A stretch of 64,000 bases of DNA from Verrucomicrobiaceae bacterium (GTDB lineage: Bacteria > Verrucomicrobiota > Verrucomicrobiia > Verrucomicrobiales > Akkermansiaceae), in the NCBI GenBank assembly GCA_051252135.1, contig JBPOGH010000020.1, forward strand, positions 15,499-79,498, given 5' to 3'. A program made the translations under genes and the position numbers. The notes beneath the pieces are model-generated. The model saw nothing but the letters and a program-made list of their open reading frames with translations, was not told the DNA's origin and ran no database searches. Shown one piece after another: positions 27,001 through 31,501 of this stretch (the stretch's first letter is position 1; every line of letters begins with the position of its first letter).

Positions 27001-30000
27001 CCGGTGCTCTACCCGGGTGAAACGAATGAACCGCTGGCGGATGGCAACATCGAGAATCTTGGTAGTGTCGAAGTGACCGAACTGATCACTCCGACTGATG
27101 ATGGAACCCGAGCCTTCATCGAGGATATTTTTGCCACGCATATCAACCCGAACACTGGACTTCGTCCCGGATTTGATCCTCGTATGAACGACTACCTCTA
27201 CACCGTTGAGTTCCTCAATGGTCGTGCAGAAGGTTCTGTCTATCGGGTGCTGCGTGAATTTGGTGTCTCCAAAGACATCTTCTCCATTGGAAACGAAAGG
27301 GGTATCTCACTTGATCTCACTCCGGCACTCATCTCCACTCTCAGCCCACACTTTGATGCCTACGTCACCAGCAAGAATGCAAACACTGCCAACAGCTGGA
27401 AGAGTGTGAACTACACCTTTACCGGAGCTTCTGAAGATGCCGAGACCTGGACAATCGATCTCACCCAGGGAACAAGCACCAAAACTTACGCGGTGACGCT
27501 CGGCACCACCGTAGATGATGTGGAGATCAACACCATGGGCCGCGCCGTCTTCGCCCTGCGTGATGCAATCAATGCCGAAGGTATTTACACCGCGCAAATT
27601 CGGGTGGGTCTGCTTGGTGAAGTGAATCTCACCGTTTCCCACGCTGCGGCATCCGCCTTCACCTCGAACATCAATCGCAGCACAGCGGTGGCTCTGAACC
27701 AGACGGTGACCGAAAGTGGTTTCCTGAACCAATTGGGCGATCTGGATACCGGAAATGACCGTGGATTCGCTACCGTAGCTCTATTTGCGAAGCTTGGCAG
27801 TGATCCGGCGGCTCTGGCCAATGAGACCATCAGCTTCGATCTCCACTACTTTGACGATAGCAACACTGCTCGAAGCCGAACCTTGAGCTTCACTCTGGGG
27901 GCCACTCCAAGCTTCGAGTCCATCTTCTCCGAGTTCTCGACCGAGATCAGCAATGAGTCGCTGAGCACCATCATTGCTCCTTCAATCACAGGCCGCCGCG
28001 TGATCTTCGATTCCGATTGGTTGGTTGATCAGGAAAATGGTGTTCTCCGCAAACCTCTGCTTGGAAACGACTATTACTACTCACCGTTCAACGCCAACTT
28101 CGACGCTGAAGAAATAGACCAGGTTGACGTCCTCAACGTCTTCAACGGCAACAGCCCCTCCAACGACTCCGGCGTCCTGACGGGGAACAGATTGACCGGA
28201 TTCGGTCTGGGCGGTGATACCGTGATCTCCGGCCGTGAAATCCAGGGGGGGGTCACTTACAAGTCACTTGAAGAACTCAACATCGAGTTGGGAACCGGCA
28301 ACGATACCCTGATCATCGAAGATACTCACGCCGGTAAAACAACGATTGCAACAGGAGCAGGCCATGACCGGATCGCGATTGCCCATACTTCCGGCACGCT
28401 GAACATCTCGGGAGGCACCGGTGATGATACCCTCCACATTGCCACCGCGAACATCGATGGAAATGCCACAAGCTCCGAAGCCCGACTCGAGACCATCATG
28501 GGACATCTCAGCTTCGATGGTGGTTCCGGTATCGATCGCATGACGGTCGATGACAGCAGCGACTCCAGTTCCGAGGCCGGCACGTTGACTGAAAATGCAC
28601 TCACCGGGTTTGGATTCGGTTCCGTCAGCCAGGTTCAGACTCTGACGGTAATCGGGCAAGCCGGCTTCTACCGGATCAGCCGGGGCGATGTGAATGTCCC
28701 ATGGTATTACATCCGACCCGGTGTGGCCCGCCCGGGTGCCCTTGGTGTCGTTCTCGATGTCCGCTTCACAGCCTCTCAAATTCAAGATCACCTGGAATAT
28801 ATTTATGGTTCCGGCAATGTCGCGGTCAGCCTCATTTCGGAAGACTCCGGAGCCAAGACCTACGGCATCGAGTTCACCGGACAACTTTCCGGAGCCGATG
28901 TGGCCCCAATTCGATGGGCTGATCCCGGTCCGATCAACTTGATTGCAAATGGAGACCTTGGCCCGGTCAACGTCGGCGGAATTAGCCTGCCGAACCGGAA
29001 CTCGGGACGCGCGGAAATCCTCGTCGGCACCCGCACTTCCGCAGAAGCGGATCCTTCCGGAGGCAATACCCAACAGTTCCTCGAAATCGTGAATGCCGAC
29101 CGCGGCACCTTTACGATCACCTTGTTGGATGAGACCACCGCTCCACTTCCGTTCGATATTACGCTTGAGAAGCTCATCGACGCCCTCCAGCCAATTCTCA
29201 ATCCGAACAATTCCGACCCATCGAAGCCCTACACCGATAACTTCGATATTGAGAAGATTGGTAACCGCTTCCTGATTACCTTCAAGGGAGAGCACCGCGA
29301 CCTCTCCATTCCAGGCGTCGATGTCAATGTCACCGAACTCCGTGGGGGAACGGTAGTCCTGACCACTCGCGAAAGCGGACTCAGCTACTTCAACCTTGAG
29401 CAGTTCGACCTCACCCTCGGCGATGGCGCGAATGTCCTCAATATCCAGGGCACGTCTGCCACCACCAATGTCGATCTGGGCGGTGGTGATGATGAAATCT
29501 ATATCTCTTCCCTCAGCGACATCGACTTCTCCAAGAGGGAGCCGACCTTTATCGGAAACCTCGACCGCATCCTGGGCACGCTCAATATTGACGGTGGAAG
29601 CGGGGATCAGCGTCTGGTCATCTCCGATGCATCTTCCGCCATCGGCGATACGGTCTCCATTATCAACCGACTTCCTTCCCGTGGACTTCCGGGTCAGGAT
29701 CTTACCAAGCTGGATAGAAACGCAGAACTCTTCGTCATTGGAGCCTCTCCGGCACCGATCTCGATCCAGGCAAACCGCGTTGACGGGACATTCCGTGAAG
29801 GCTTCCGCGTCGAAACGGGTTCTGGCGATGACACCGTGAATATTACGAGCTCCATCTACCGATTGCGGATTGCCGATGCGGCGCCGCTGGAGCTCGATAC
29901 GGGACTTGGAAATGACAATGTCTTTGCCTCACTGACGCAAAACGGCAACTCGCCACTCATCATCCGCACCCAGGGTGAATTCAATTATCGAGTGAAGCTT

Positions 30001-31431
30001 CGCAGCGGTCTCAATATCGCTGATCTCACCAATCCCGAGGATGAAATCTCGGTCCTGGTCGATGGTGTCCGCCTGACTTCCAGCCAGTTCCGCGCCGTGC
30101 TCGGGCAGAATGCCATCGATGTGAAAGTGAGCGGGGATCTTTCGCCTGATAGCGTCATCGAGGTCCAGCTGTCACGCGTGACCAGAGGCCGCATCTCCGA
30201 GGTTCCGGGGCAGCGCCAATACATTGTCGATTATCAACTCCGGGCCGGAGAAACGGTGAAACTCTTCTCGGCAGGAGTCGCACTTCGTCAGGGTGCCGAT
30301 TACTTCTTCTACCAGCTCCAGCCCCAGCAGTTTATTGTGGTCTTCAATGGCCGATTCAATTTCTTCCGCAATGGAGACATCGTCTGGGAGGCTACGAACA
30401 TCGTGAATGAGTTCCAGACGGTAAGATCACTCGATCAGCGGGATAACGATTTCATCAATGCCTCCGGATCCACCTTGCCACTCACAATCTTCGCCGGCAG
30501 CGGCGATGACGTGGTGATCGGAGGGCAGGGCAACGATGTGATCCACTCCGGCCGTGGAAACGACATTGTCTTTGGTCGTTCGGGATCGGATATCATCAAC
30601 TCGGTTGCCAACAACCAGCTGACCATCGACCGCGATATCATCTTCGGTGATGACGGGGTGGTGAAATACGAGAGCGCAACGGGCATCGTCGTCATTGACA
30701 GTCGTGCCACAGGCCAGAGGCGTTTGCCTGTCGGTGACTACCGCTTGCTTGAAATTCTCTCGGTTGATGGTGGAACCGCTGGAGATGATCGGATCACCAG
30801 CGGGCGCGGTGCCGATATTCAGATTGGCGGCTATGGTGCTGACACCCTGACATCCAACGACGGTAACGATATCCTGATTGGTGACAGCGGTCTGATTAAG
30901 TATCGCTCCGGACGGATTGCCTCGATCGAGTCCTCCGACTCCTTCTCACAATCCGGCACTGACGACATCCTTTCCGGGGGTGATGGAGTAAATCATCTCA
31001 TTGGCGGCCTTGGAAGTGACCAAATCACCACAGGCGCCGTGCTGCCTGGCGGATTCTCAACCGTTCTTGGTGACCTTGGTCGCGTGAACTTCACATACGA
31101 TCCCGGAACGGGAATCAACTCTGTTACCTCTCTGACCTCCACCTTCCCGGGGCTTGGCGGAAATGACCGCATTGCCTTGTCCTCCGGCTTCCATTGGGTG
31201 ATCGCCGGAGTCGGCTCCGATGAAGTCAGCTCCGCCGGAGGTGCTTGGGTATCATTGACGATCGGACGCTTTGTTTCGCTTCAAGCCGGAGCGCTCGAAT
31301 ACTTCGAATGGACCAGGCTCACCTCTCCGGAAAACTCCACCGGAGGCACCTTGTCAGTTGTTGATGGCTATCTCATCGAGGAGAACTCCCGCCCGTTGCC
31401 ATTTAAAGCGGGGAACCACTCCGAACCTTGA
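1..31431 (+). CDS. Giant extracellular repetitive protein (RTX/hemolysin-type Ca-binding repeats, Ig-like, Calx-beta-like and PPC-like modules), putative giant adhesin; 5'-partial
   Basis: The frame is open from base 1 (gta tcg ttg act..., VSLTVFGQ) to the stop at 31431, about 10,476 aa. It is acidic, Gly/Thr/Asp-rich and almost Cys-free. Many GGxGxD nonapeptides occur (GGSGDD, GGAGDD, GGDGND, GGQGND), including a C-terminal cluster with 'DIIFGDDG' and 'DILIGDSG'. The TTG at 7 is not a real start, because the frame continues upstream. Confidence 0.95.
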   Translation, partial: VSLTVFGQTIEAVFFFEQTTTAANVQVVRIGLSDVSIFLGDRKGAGADDDMGVFLRDGFGSILITQQGVAGEFGGTTGLTQALMDEIGGGFTANLRFQINTLGVAVNERFDFINAAGQTETTILKLKKGPFFRAETLPNADGSPGAVITIGGLALRGDFAFEKGQLRITPTSAPVEVLSIAAVNVSIAPTGDVSTGISNAAGAILFLPAVAPTATTPARTAGIAALVTGRAEVQAAGFDAGVSIGVGINTTGAAVDTKLSVGGTEISVRLSDATFSVLAQDLDFNFGDFLEIDGNFAISGGTFSGSGLNIFLGQGPYKLDDGSINSDAIGVLLSNGTIDFKTLGTTAGDGLYAIKATGNLALVGLDGLTVQGNVTLLINTSTTAVDLGGQSIAPGTFSFVARGAEFSIGNRFSVGGTFVISRRPNGDLDVLIGGGSVSINDENGDSLFGVTGSASFSITQAAGFKLTSFKVRGFSIMDQMGLESGTVDNSAGNNNGFSGTDFFPTADLAGPITGGKIVGSDLLNKRYIDIQYNDLNNVGLNNNTITDIAQEFVVKINGQTNHNLVFNGAPTKVSGKPNTWRYQLTSGTLTTDQLNSRVTIEFNSGSFSDNGGIGNFPEIEYFNVVPSANVLPGATAIISSPTNGGAVDAAALNQKQYLDVTFSSQDGTPINKATIIDTIPFKLSGTGLDRIQLNPDGTPILRGSQPLLTSGFEDTALSVTYRYFLTPIAPPAPEPVQPGQPAPAPPAPSLFKGGQVRVSFINDSFASVGNTAAGSLNKGSITQSFTVDPTVAGSAAASGSINIGPLEVEGPTIGLEDIGFKDGLLILTIGIGVNRASLAFGGGGNATGANGQQTSMSNSQADSGIKAELLGVLGTFDIAVDAFGLLSGNVDINLTGKWGLRVGVLEIDVPDVVNVTARGININYDPSFGAEGSATEGMAQELVKIDNAVIQIPAVNIQGTLNDVTIRDNGFTLGNAEICYGCLDAPNSGTALNADGTVASSQTAAIKLGTVLEFDDIRIGVNNFTVNFDAENPVDFDGEIYIASGGVRFLPGKAISGTLSDRNDSTDVTNGIQNTEAVRATLSFTNGKVDSFKFHVDTLELNLSSFVTLRATDFMLDTGAADDEVLVSFMSVGATVKIGSLLLTGEARQFRVMGDGSFDALPGFGVFISIGSATGESFKWPSFLPIKITQIGIQWDDIENDPGDFVLILSAEVTEIKGVKGLTFSGAVTGIKISPKLLIEGENPIIGIESLGVSISGNLFGGEVTATLIGGILRLDEQYNIISALDTVTPVEQRVFFIGLEGKFAIAGIGGFGIRFALSELGPLSVLLNADIPITVEPISGLTISDFTASVEFFKTLPSIDDPFALRGSAFAPPGDIDVSTWLDTVRSQVATQARLVAANPALNGFTAAFNSPLTISGSARIYSLYTSQALFNGKVFIKISTDGKFLVGGQLNFIDNNISISGKLYADLSNVANGDVTVLFLADIPDQIELLSIYGKLKMGFRNSAGDEVEFVVAANSTAIPGGGQPTADLIAPVGNGEAIDSGVINDAGNMFRHTDGSDYYYVDVNYNSSGSVSLDYESILDTPGEFTLSRNGSTVATLGIMVPVDTIINQFGIVETAALVFRPASGDDEARIVRVVKDDAEASGYRDEIVLTASDVPDITATGTELENALLVAALRTTGVRRFRYLLDTSFEKGDYQLTFAADAFKHADITDEDGIVVTPGIGNEEFTLGFVVEGASARLVDPTTGANLDINTINGRTFIDVEFVSPTSGTLDFLESSITDLSPEFRLTGAGLGSITLDNSTAPIRLNGGVGHTYRYFLQGNFAENAAGEIDGTIQLSFLENAWSYVDSSLVPEDVDNQVVQTPAGGNFQAGDTGPIVFEVVFDAANGVTPPAGFALDPGSLTDANIEFIDFDPATPGIQFESPAGIVVTLNRTIDVSYSPDSKTLSIPTTYRIADDATAPGSSFAITVDIDPASLGFKVVDGVVSGTQPGDTKQLKDASAASAGDVIASNDRTFIDILFAGSAGQQLDSGSVLDTDPEFVLTGIGVGSATLLTVDNPLELGGNVFRYFIMGDFEVGRVNLDFIANSWMDGSGETNHAFTRSYTVQGSTADVIVTRNEVPYSLDGSEVGLAEINDAGFIDITFRPSNGNTLEHSSVNGDEIILTGPDGTVVSFAGTPMRISGTDTFRYTLGEDLAIGVYTLTIAANSFSDSAGFTNLEETERFTVNVARATLTNPPSGSTENRETLNGRGYIDIVFDDVVTPTLNSDELQIGSTSASIDPDSILDEGPEFLLFDGDGNQINVEAVPVSLGGNSFRYFIQSGAAGDSFRVQFLPGSWEDGNGNKVTSEQASGYIAAEQVPADTDGVIDIQFNGIRGTANGEFVTFEIDYDTVMDADDEITVQITDADGNLVTVELDDTPIDLGNGRFRYVLTNGESTDNAVVTFNADTWEIDNGRTVNQADIDAPAINVAGAAVDPGNPTRAGPYFDITYTPIDGTEVDASTILGDDDEFILSGAQAQNLVFVDVYDLGNNTFRYLYQGQLDTGIMEVQFVEGAWADTAGNLGQASTSAIKILTESESFFIEISGGIVLNSGGFLDEPIIELSGEIIMEFDTTRSVFQLDFSAQLALYKLGSVGAVAGRFVVDNSRTVSDNVQIWGVAALRTNFSFLEQYGLYLSAEGTLQLNLTSQQKTETLTFKGLDGGADRTETFVLAPELFAIELVGYARVRPPGTSTDVLSLEGGFYLSFSPSRFELFVNASLSFGAGESSINFGEATGLLVIQTGLGAGENTGLAGSFRVSKGADIGLPDVGNIFKASGSVTVVVNTTLQDVIFQLPDSFLAIIDGDELPGFAAGGTIDSNGDGVINEEDKASFTIFESAPGIDGSRRAEGVPEVYATAIIQAELIIGDFIELVGFLQITIAANSDGGRLSITGAVSTTIPLLGTLTGTLNFDVFLGVETGIVGRVVLSLSNTDIPDVEIAGIIILEINTFGTTRDVTNFKTKTKTYTRSDGSSLTVFDGFERDTNGDLITDTVTIETVGGFKLELAGLLTVSDKFEFVGYVRFTLELAGDDPGIELLVLASLRIEGIGSVQVDGGFRINSQGLVARAAVSLDVGFGGDIGLDFSVSAVIQLNTTGVNQELGMATIPPGFLLALQGSVEFLGIATAQGSVSLFIGPDGFEFLFDVSFNIAGVLTFSAAGGAAVYVNQPAGQNGLALVLNVVVDADVTIASFEASGLLIINTTNIARVLGTQNLAANVFILDVSGKIEVLKVLKIDADFRIEIGEDYWSIAFSVDIDFFGLAKLTGSFFLDSDGMFDINISGYVSLGGGGTGLFGNFSFHVRSGFLGTDTNGDGKISGNEIETDNIGNPQYEFLLSGSAQVSAKIFGITLASFGLSFSFRAAGAGETPIVLTVSVRIKILFVKITKTARFKIGVLQLPKPVYLGASQGNPQAWVENTATGSPLYLNVGSRSGSRNIGNTPQLDDPATDLNEALQHINESYIIRDIGPSEVGAGRVIKVTAYGRTNTFQNVSSIHGDFGDGDDVVFLGAPVLDDDGNPIAPGPNTPAAPVSQVPTIPVYLNMGSGDDSVSFSGTAAPNRASESNLIILGSGNDYAGLIGEGTAIVDGGSGDDFIENLGTGQAFFNGDAGSDRILGKTSADVINGGAGDDDIDGPGGVINGGDGNDQINFAVQTQTGNSTITGGAGSDYLNISGRATADNITVTNSGGTVTSSFDGQNLVSTGIENLFIDGRGGADNFVVDDLEGSGLSSFSIDFGRSVVQTGTQVVTESLDPDDPDADTVDQLAAVLAISNDNAADRLSVIGDNGNDFFNLVNSGEFTGVDADGIVIGAARYTVVTIGRSDYTIDGNGNLSVSNPSVSINITNSVRSEGDNAVVNGLGGNDVIDASGLSVSATRPDGVTIPRTDQIIASLVGDTGDDTLVGSDFDDILNGGVGSDTYTGGDGLDLFFDASIDPGDFDTLVENQDRDVLITDNSFITGKIRGDGLIQILNRKDGFDREEVQEVRHSENSGTFTLTYRGQTTGALAHNSSGDQIRAALLALSTIDKVRVEQTSDGGSGGPYIWEVAFLGPTGQVIPANASQNDTGGADSLLSISMTGSTDSVARVVKEVDTEVEIQRITHSGAGGGSYTLIFNDGRNEAETGSIPWNATAAQLASALNALSGQVDLGTISVQEITLRNTDNIAVGPYSYLVTFEVSTNRPNNVLLLKEGQNNLQSGGTISGLPTEVELQESSKAVDPTLGIPDSFTRFSSDAIVEDLKGIFEGAIITGGASRTIISVSSSTGSATVGSTELTVGGLTMDITVDTAIATEGDDAALAELYAVTLTGEDSARITVADTGAGQGRDEIKIFGTAKADTVSSAAFGAGQGRTGLLGLHTGDRAKGDLLFFRGIELVQIELGAGDDTILSDDTASVTLINTGDGDDEIIVGTVPLIPDVGNRTLEFPEGIPVADTENLTNGASNKLYIYGGGENDSFEVNFNRAQVYLHGGSGDDRFLLKTFLVLRENPDDNEEVTNLANLFGGMGNNRYSYLENGPVAINGGPGIDTLVVVGTPISDTFVVTESVVAGAGRLVNFRGIERLEINGAGGGDNIYVLSTNESFTTTIVGGSGDDTIHFGGDHPPLVFDPPEITVTPPPVTIELPSQLVYNTVTTTRATEVYTFDFGWWSGFASFFNPGLANHLAEVAISAVENFVNARFQAERNAYPNRRNQTLEFDRGNVQVERIRTGYSWFFGIFQRDVYRVTVSNVVESYEEGVITTQTQTIQPLSFSFDPPPFAFKEASQFTVGEIRGRVIVEGGNAFEDDGDTVIFHNSAGSNLKGLVTNRLVPRFESLDDGTFQRALDSDGNEIDDVYISVEGLGLRVADDGYLNPDGTRTFGVQLKGVETLDLRLADEDPGNGASRNDHFTVALTDLRGSETREGVLRQVTDEERQELDLRIVAGAGDDTIFLKQTTGSTEVFGGPGMDTVTIGDNGSLANIGGGLLFDGDAHIDEVQEIVTTLPNIPFPETFINTQTVVGTLQLDESTFINYADAQLAPIVFVDPADGKVKVRTISLRSDGEINTDYVRDYGIPAVSNGSNVYIGPDGLETSSPFTDGERNPQLYVTAFDRIGSGAVPLFVDPFGVKTGIDPTFIALGSSGADVNVYRSGNAATQGSFADILLQWSADGTTWNNATPVGLSRILPNGFKTTETATDPDGSTYQREVADENDVSNSNIVSYSLGAGNNARFLRVIGINGNDFALDGIGIHTASAGPAHIKREDAFKPVISNNSTVSSGDRPGAFRVADNLFSNIDSGMNIIYAAAAKNLPAVLEVSRSEIVTFTRTVDVRVTDPSTTGADLLIIDGQNNTENLIGALDRVQIDIEQIQDGKISLHDGAVGLDQRFYRGGETVYRLIDPAQQGLVGAAVVEALRDPLNNFRTEKVTFAGGEDAYNLFDGAILVDPFGVELARKPGDAILHFKDNPVLHNTGEILRYLGGEDALDEDGNVVVNGDGSIFKRLPGQAVIADRGTLIYAPDFIETAFTTNGQAIDLGNEMLLNFKPNQGIDGWALDFTNSRNLRIDLFKSPAVLGGGDRLVSVTVSSSRGTFRLEQGAATNGYTFDPVTGQLVVTNVDSSMISDDGSVNVRAHLALLAFHREGDAVTHYGNEEVQSGDLVVDKQGGSFIIRETADGEAIRYSSDKTLADSREDLIFWNNSKGERILHKRSEPIFIEVDGEFVEKTITQTDLSGGLLEQRYRGDEPLIYFGGEKTYYTSEEAITQQRDAIQISGLGIPGNIFLVNGLFPDENNNPVIDTTDTFQIDLGSGDDTFTFNFSPNAGIELNTGAGNDSVAVRAIDGNITLNLGEGDDLVAVGSKAGYWETADITGRQPFNEPAVEDAEFINVLGNLNQINGSVFVNGGSGIDRVSIDDTADLTGNNTANGDNGILTDTGLSGLGMTGSIVYNNDDTTELLEIALGKGDDELTIASTSDSVFTSVEGRDGDDTFNIETTSAATNVYGDAIGPNIQVNFRTFAVTSGNDLFRVGSLASSATPLNSTLATIQGRLRLFGGGVDASIPAGPGNPGNEVIFYNGGGGGGAGALQSTELLGFGMGAGIAYAGINTLTLRLADAPDELFIGGTHTGSTNILGGNEGDNDGDVINIGAISGPTSISTQEGDDTIRVNYDIAGVQTFESGVQSSLFLDGGDNSDTYFVGVAGEGTATVDIFDSGTGSDNNDSVRIFGNNESNLFLFRANQASGLGVVATYETDDLLNPVLGGFLERVNYDGNIENIDVSGRGGDDTFVFDDTLSGITVRGDEGDDTFQLGQVFESARNGLNPTNGLDPLDYFETTQTTRGFLSNGVSQTATLLGGVGNDSFTIYRNKAEIFAVGEEGDDNFLVRSFVRVDPNDPKAPFTNINGGQGADFIAFTVNAPVRIEGGDGFDTLTVVGTEFGDDFLVNEYGVFGGGLFITYDGIEKLVVDALEGNDRFFIAGTSEGVEVEIVGGLGSDTFNLGGSNGKPVTVVSNSLDGNSGLIDHSILTADGEFRNIFLQDLSVKVSDNDEAGILIIQNDGPLRLLEGIDPNGGGLLDDYLIASYTVVLTRSPEETVQVAATPVLGGERAIRAGAQRISLGTTADITQMTAEGTSLTFTRDNWFKPQTVYLYAPEDTVAEGRQNIQIQHKVTQGTQPGDGGAYDGLASLSVTVEVFDNDVSDLVIVPLDNGVSGTFTRIEENTTLLNATDQFAVFLTRPPSADIVIDFTDPSGQLTLDKTSLTFTTASAGTAGHFGTPQIITITAVDDNDNEARHFSRVAATLADAADRAAFVNTSINDIALDLRNEITGAGIGYDATVSGNVVTVTGPAFTPTGTDNITIAQTSDGSMASRFEFTLKDGYAVNDIFTLTIGANTYTHTVGTGTDSTIETEAEIINALVADVNAQSMTSGVEATVFGLKVRLEASSSFTFTLTRSDGGMVVENEAADIAAFQTYTLTVGGAVALDDLYEVTLTPASGESAVSYSHTVGANGEPSAFDRLDVEIIDNDSPQVIVTGGDTVGVSEPSQEFYLGSGFAGEIVDIPFFETKDPHNSTGTAQSLDGNFYNLATIPGGTSTLPRVRILGSGDNLADIYQLTVTAEMLNQDAYVAITQADGSAISNIKVELLQSGQPNVTLVDSSSGTATIADNDQLYRFTAGGLYYFKVTNADSTVVNFGTDYALNIFLPGITPAVAFTGDFGVSDLPETTGDHNDIATAQNLDLGKWSTGLDPNIESSESIPHITVLGTGDQLNDYYSFEITETMLTDAGGNLRVILDLDNSFDFGDQIFWAGRLVLFNEAGDVIRAGIGSSSPLLGAGPSDDTFNNDYISHTFTTGQEGTYVIEVSDAERNQGLPQDVTYELNVSVQEHQTDNFIFVPEPVQEVESQNNGVAAGALIDGAGNLQNISLQNVDRLNFSIDGSGAVVLNTTGPNIGETEINPGNFFTLPSGTVGNIVYGGGIDSNTPYVRITGSGDSNSSYDVYAFEITADQLNPPTTILTVGSEAGTERDNSTFFSSISLGLTGSPKTGDVWSLGLRNRTYEVTVGDTLTVSFLPDGTTPVTAVVDTLEEIAQAFEVMLPTRYTHSVTNVLGVTLLNISADNGFNLSGATAEDNGFRQSTTGAGIFTASVNLNNDTPALANLNYAELTLSGDIVPGEIIKINDTMPGVTVAVGDSASTVAGRIAAQFTYASHPAGQNKVIFNRATPFTLKYSTSGPATGLIATARVQAAPSENDGITYSQLDVTLFGAVRVGEKWELKLGATTKNVIAANGEDLEDIADRLADEFGAGVTASAGVISTTNSTYGGITVTPSGNIGVTNPAGVSAYSINLTQTPVAGQTWILRSLDGTTEIARAEIPVAATPQAVSAIATSLANAVNGTGTLLAEALGTNVTIIDTAGTLDGLSLVIAQANITVSSQLRSEVYDLSALTVTASDTWTLKAGMGAPNQIAESVVGADLEATIDLLVTDNAGNTNFSLTKESATEIRVTRLSGTADIALALDITTPPMGMGGMASTVTELESGANISSTVYTLRTVSFPAAAPPAEAWTLELKDGAATTFTGAATSSDAALQDRVDDFTVGLPTGFSASRIGSGTGSELLLQRTGSGVFDAHVARGTGNTVQTGTVAKLDLTGTPNTAVNWTVNVASQVIHYVPASNGQSLPATAIGVAGAINANTTAAASVTAVDSGSSVYTVLRAGGSAITPTTSVTFVTPTDFGATYRGNLNLDYTQTITFSPVDATATDVFVNDRWAFDYTDAAGTERSVGFRGQESIIDNNGAPTAVAAATTLDTMADRFATVLAGRPSISQATASGGVITVKQTNGSAVEFESISHTRQRVTHGGDRAQNQSGLAGPFYNTMVVTLDGNWNSGQVWTVELDGQTYEFTTPNESDPNKQNLSRVAKGLRDVINANTTDGLRAQVSGREITVSKTAASPVENPFLFDISRGSGSVRVLLDVDDANILRSTESLFFGLETIDFTANITARLYDSNGVLVTPDLDRNTTHPGIVDSGSFQASDVFNEYLIGSSGRYYVVIGSHTDYASKTNFFEFENFRTDFDGGVREGLRYTANISVENQASNPNQLILTGARLEISAGTGSAATPLDGNQSGIIQSYDSRTKTFVVTPNNTWTSLPNGSSFFDIYETNIPGDYEDFIIRDDYTLRLSAVPTGPVIIDILPERTRTYNSDEAFNPVVYYGEQTEKQVRVATDRLAVRALETPNANWALTLTSQTGGGDVTLTGAQLASVLNSNTTITTGGYTVVREEIRGENHIVVTHADAFYSELETGDPVTTYNGTSADIELLGVIATGQVWSLQLGSKTLEVTITDQVADRSTVGEWQQTGNTYSVSLLSNSGPRLTRVAELMEQLISTDPALVDYTVQRFGRILALEKVGGIDATVSLTGSGASRGAFLINPTRGQTIHQVVFDPSEFDTDGTAGLSTSETKLFLEFEQTVHVEALDDRFIDGGDALVFAPIEERINTVRGPITINGGFGETDERFLNNPVLYPGETNEPLADGNIENLGSVEVTELITPTDDGTRAFIEDIFATHINPNTGLRPGFDPRMNDYLYTVEFLNGRAEGSVYRVLREFGVSKDIFSIGNERGISLDLTPALISTLSPHFDAYVTSKNANTANSWKSVNYTFTGASEDAETWTIDLTQGTSTKTYAVTLGTTVDDVEINTMGRAVFALRDAINAEGIYTAQIRVGLLGEVNLTVSHAAASAFTSNINRSTAVALNQTVTESGFLNQLGDLDTGNDRGFATVALFAKLGSDPAALANETISFDLHYFDDSNTARSRTLSFTLGATPSFESIFSEFSTEISNESLSTIIAPSITGRRVIFDSDWLVDQENGVLRKPLLGNDYYYSPFNANFDAEEIDQVDVLNVFNGNSPSNDSGVLTGNRLTGFGLGGDTVISGREIQGGVTYKSLEELNIELGTGNDTLIIEDTHAGKTTIATGAGHDRIAIAHTSGTLNISGGTGDDTLHIATANIDGNATSSEARLETIMGHLSFDGGSGIDRMTVDDSSDSSSEAGTLTENALTGFGFGSVSQVQTLTVIGQAGFYRISRGDVNVPWYYIRPGVARPGALGVVLDVRFTASQIQDHLEYIYGSGNVAVSLISEDSGAKTYGIEFTGQLSGADVAPIRWADPGPINLIANGDLGPVNVGGISLPNRNSGRAEILVGTRTSAEADPSGGNTQQFLEIVNADRGTFTITLLDETTAPLPFDITLEKLIDALQPILNPNNSDPSKPYTDNFDIEKIGNRFLITFKGEHRDLSIPGVDVNVTELRGGTVVLTTRESGLSYFNLEQFDLTLGDGANVLNIQGTSATTNVDLGGGDDEIYISSLSDIDFSKREPTFIGNLDRILGTLNIDGGSGDQRLVISDASSAIGDTVSIINRLPSRGLPGQDLTKLDRNAELFVIGASPAPISIQANRVDGTFREGFRVETGSGDDTVNITSSIYRLRIADAAPLELDTGLGNDNVFASLTQNGNSPLIIRTQGEFNYRVKLRSGLNIADLTNPEDEISVLVDGVRLTSSQFRAVLGQNAIDVKVSGDLSPDSVIEVQLSRVTRGRISEVPGQRQYIVDYQLRAGETVKLFSAGVALRQGADYFFYQLQPQQFIVVFNGRFNFFRNGDIVWEATNIVNEFQTVRSLDQRDNDFINASGSTLPLTIFAGSGDDVVIGGQGNDVIHSGRGNDIVFGRSGSDIINSVANNQLTIDRDIIFGDDGVVKYESATGIVVIDSRATGQRRLPVGDYRLLEILSVDGGTAGDDRITSGRGADIQIGGYGADTLTSNDGNDILIGDSGLIKYRSGRIASIESSDSFSQSGTDDILSGGDGVNHLIGGLGSDQITTGAVLPGGFSTVLGDLGRVNFTYDPGTGINSVTSLTSTFPGLGGNDRIALSSGFHWVIAGVGSDEVSSAGGAWVSLTIGRFVSLQAGALEYFEWTRLTSPENSTGGTLSVVDGYLIEENSRPLPFKAGNHSEP
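1500..7730 (+). repeat. About 10 copies of a ~120-aa Ig-like module inside the giant protein (2 at ~1.5-2.4 kb, ~8 at ~4.6-7.7 kb)
   Basis: A recurrent motif [YF]ID[IV]xF...S[IV]xD...EF.L.G....G[N]xFRY...F....W.D..G is visible. Examples: YIDIQY 1579, YLDVTF 1969, YYVDVNY 4684, FIDVEF 5281, FIDILF 6049, FIDITF 6418, YIDIVF 6757, VIDIQF 7099, YFDITY 7456. The Ig-like fold is an inference. Confidence 0.7.
10590..31230 (+). repeat. Dispersed RTX-like (GGxGxDxL) Ca2+-binding beta-roll repeat blocks
   Basis: Clusters lie at about 10.6-11.9, 13.2-13.9, 14.8-15.0, 17.4-19.5, 28.3-28.6, 29.4-29.9 and 30.5-31.2 kb. Example: 'GGSGDDFIENLGTGQAFFNGDAGSDRILGKTSADVINGGAGDDDIDG'. Confidence 0.85.
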
Positions 31432-31501
31432 TTGGAGGCTTTCACTTTTACCTATTTTCTGTAGACTTCTAGTAGCTCTTAAATACTCACCATTTTCTGT
31501 T

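Noticed and set aside
31271..31501. Upstream extension of the TpsA ORF given in the track
   Set aside because: It overlaps the giant gene's end. The signal peptide begins at ATG 31502.
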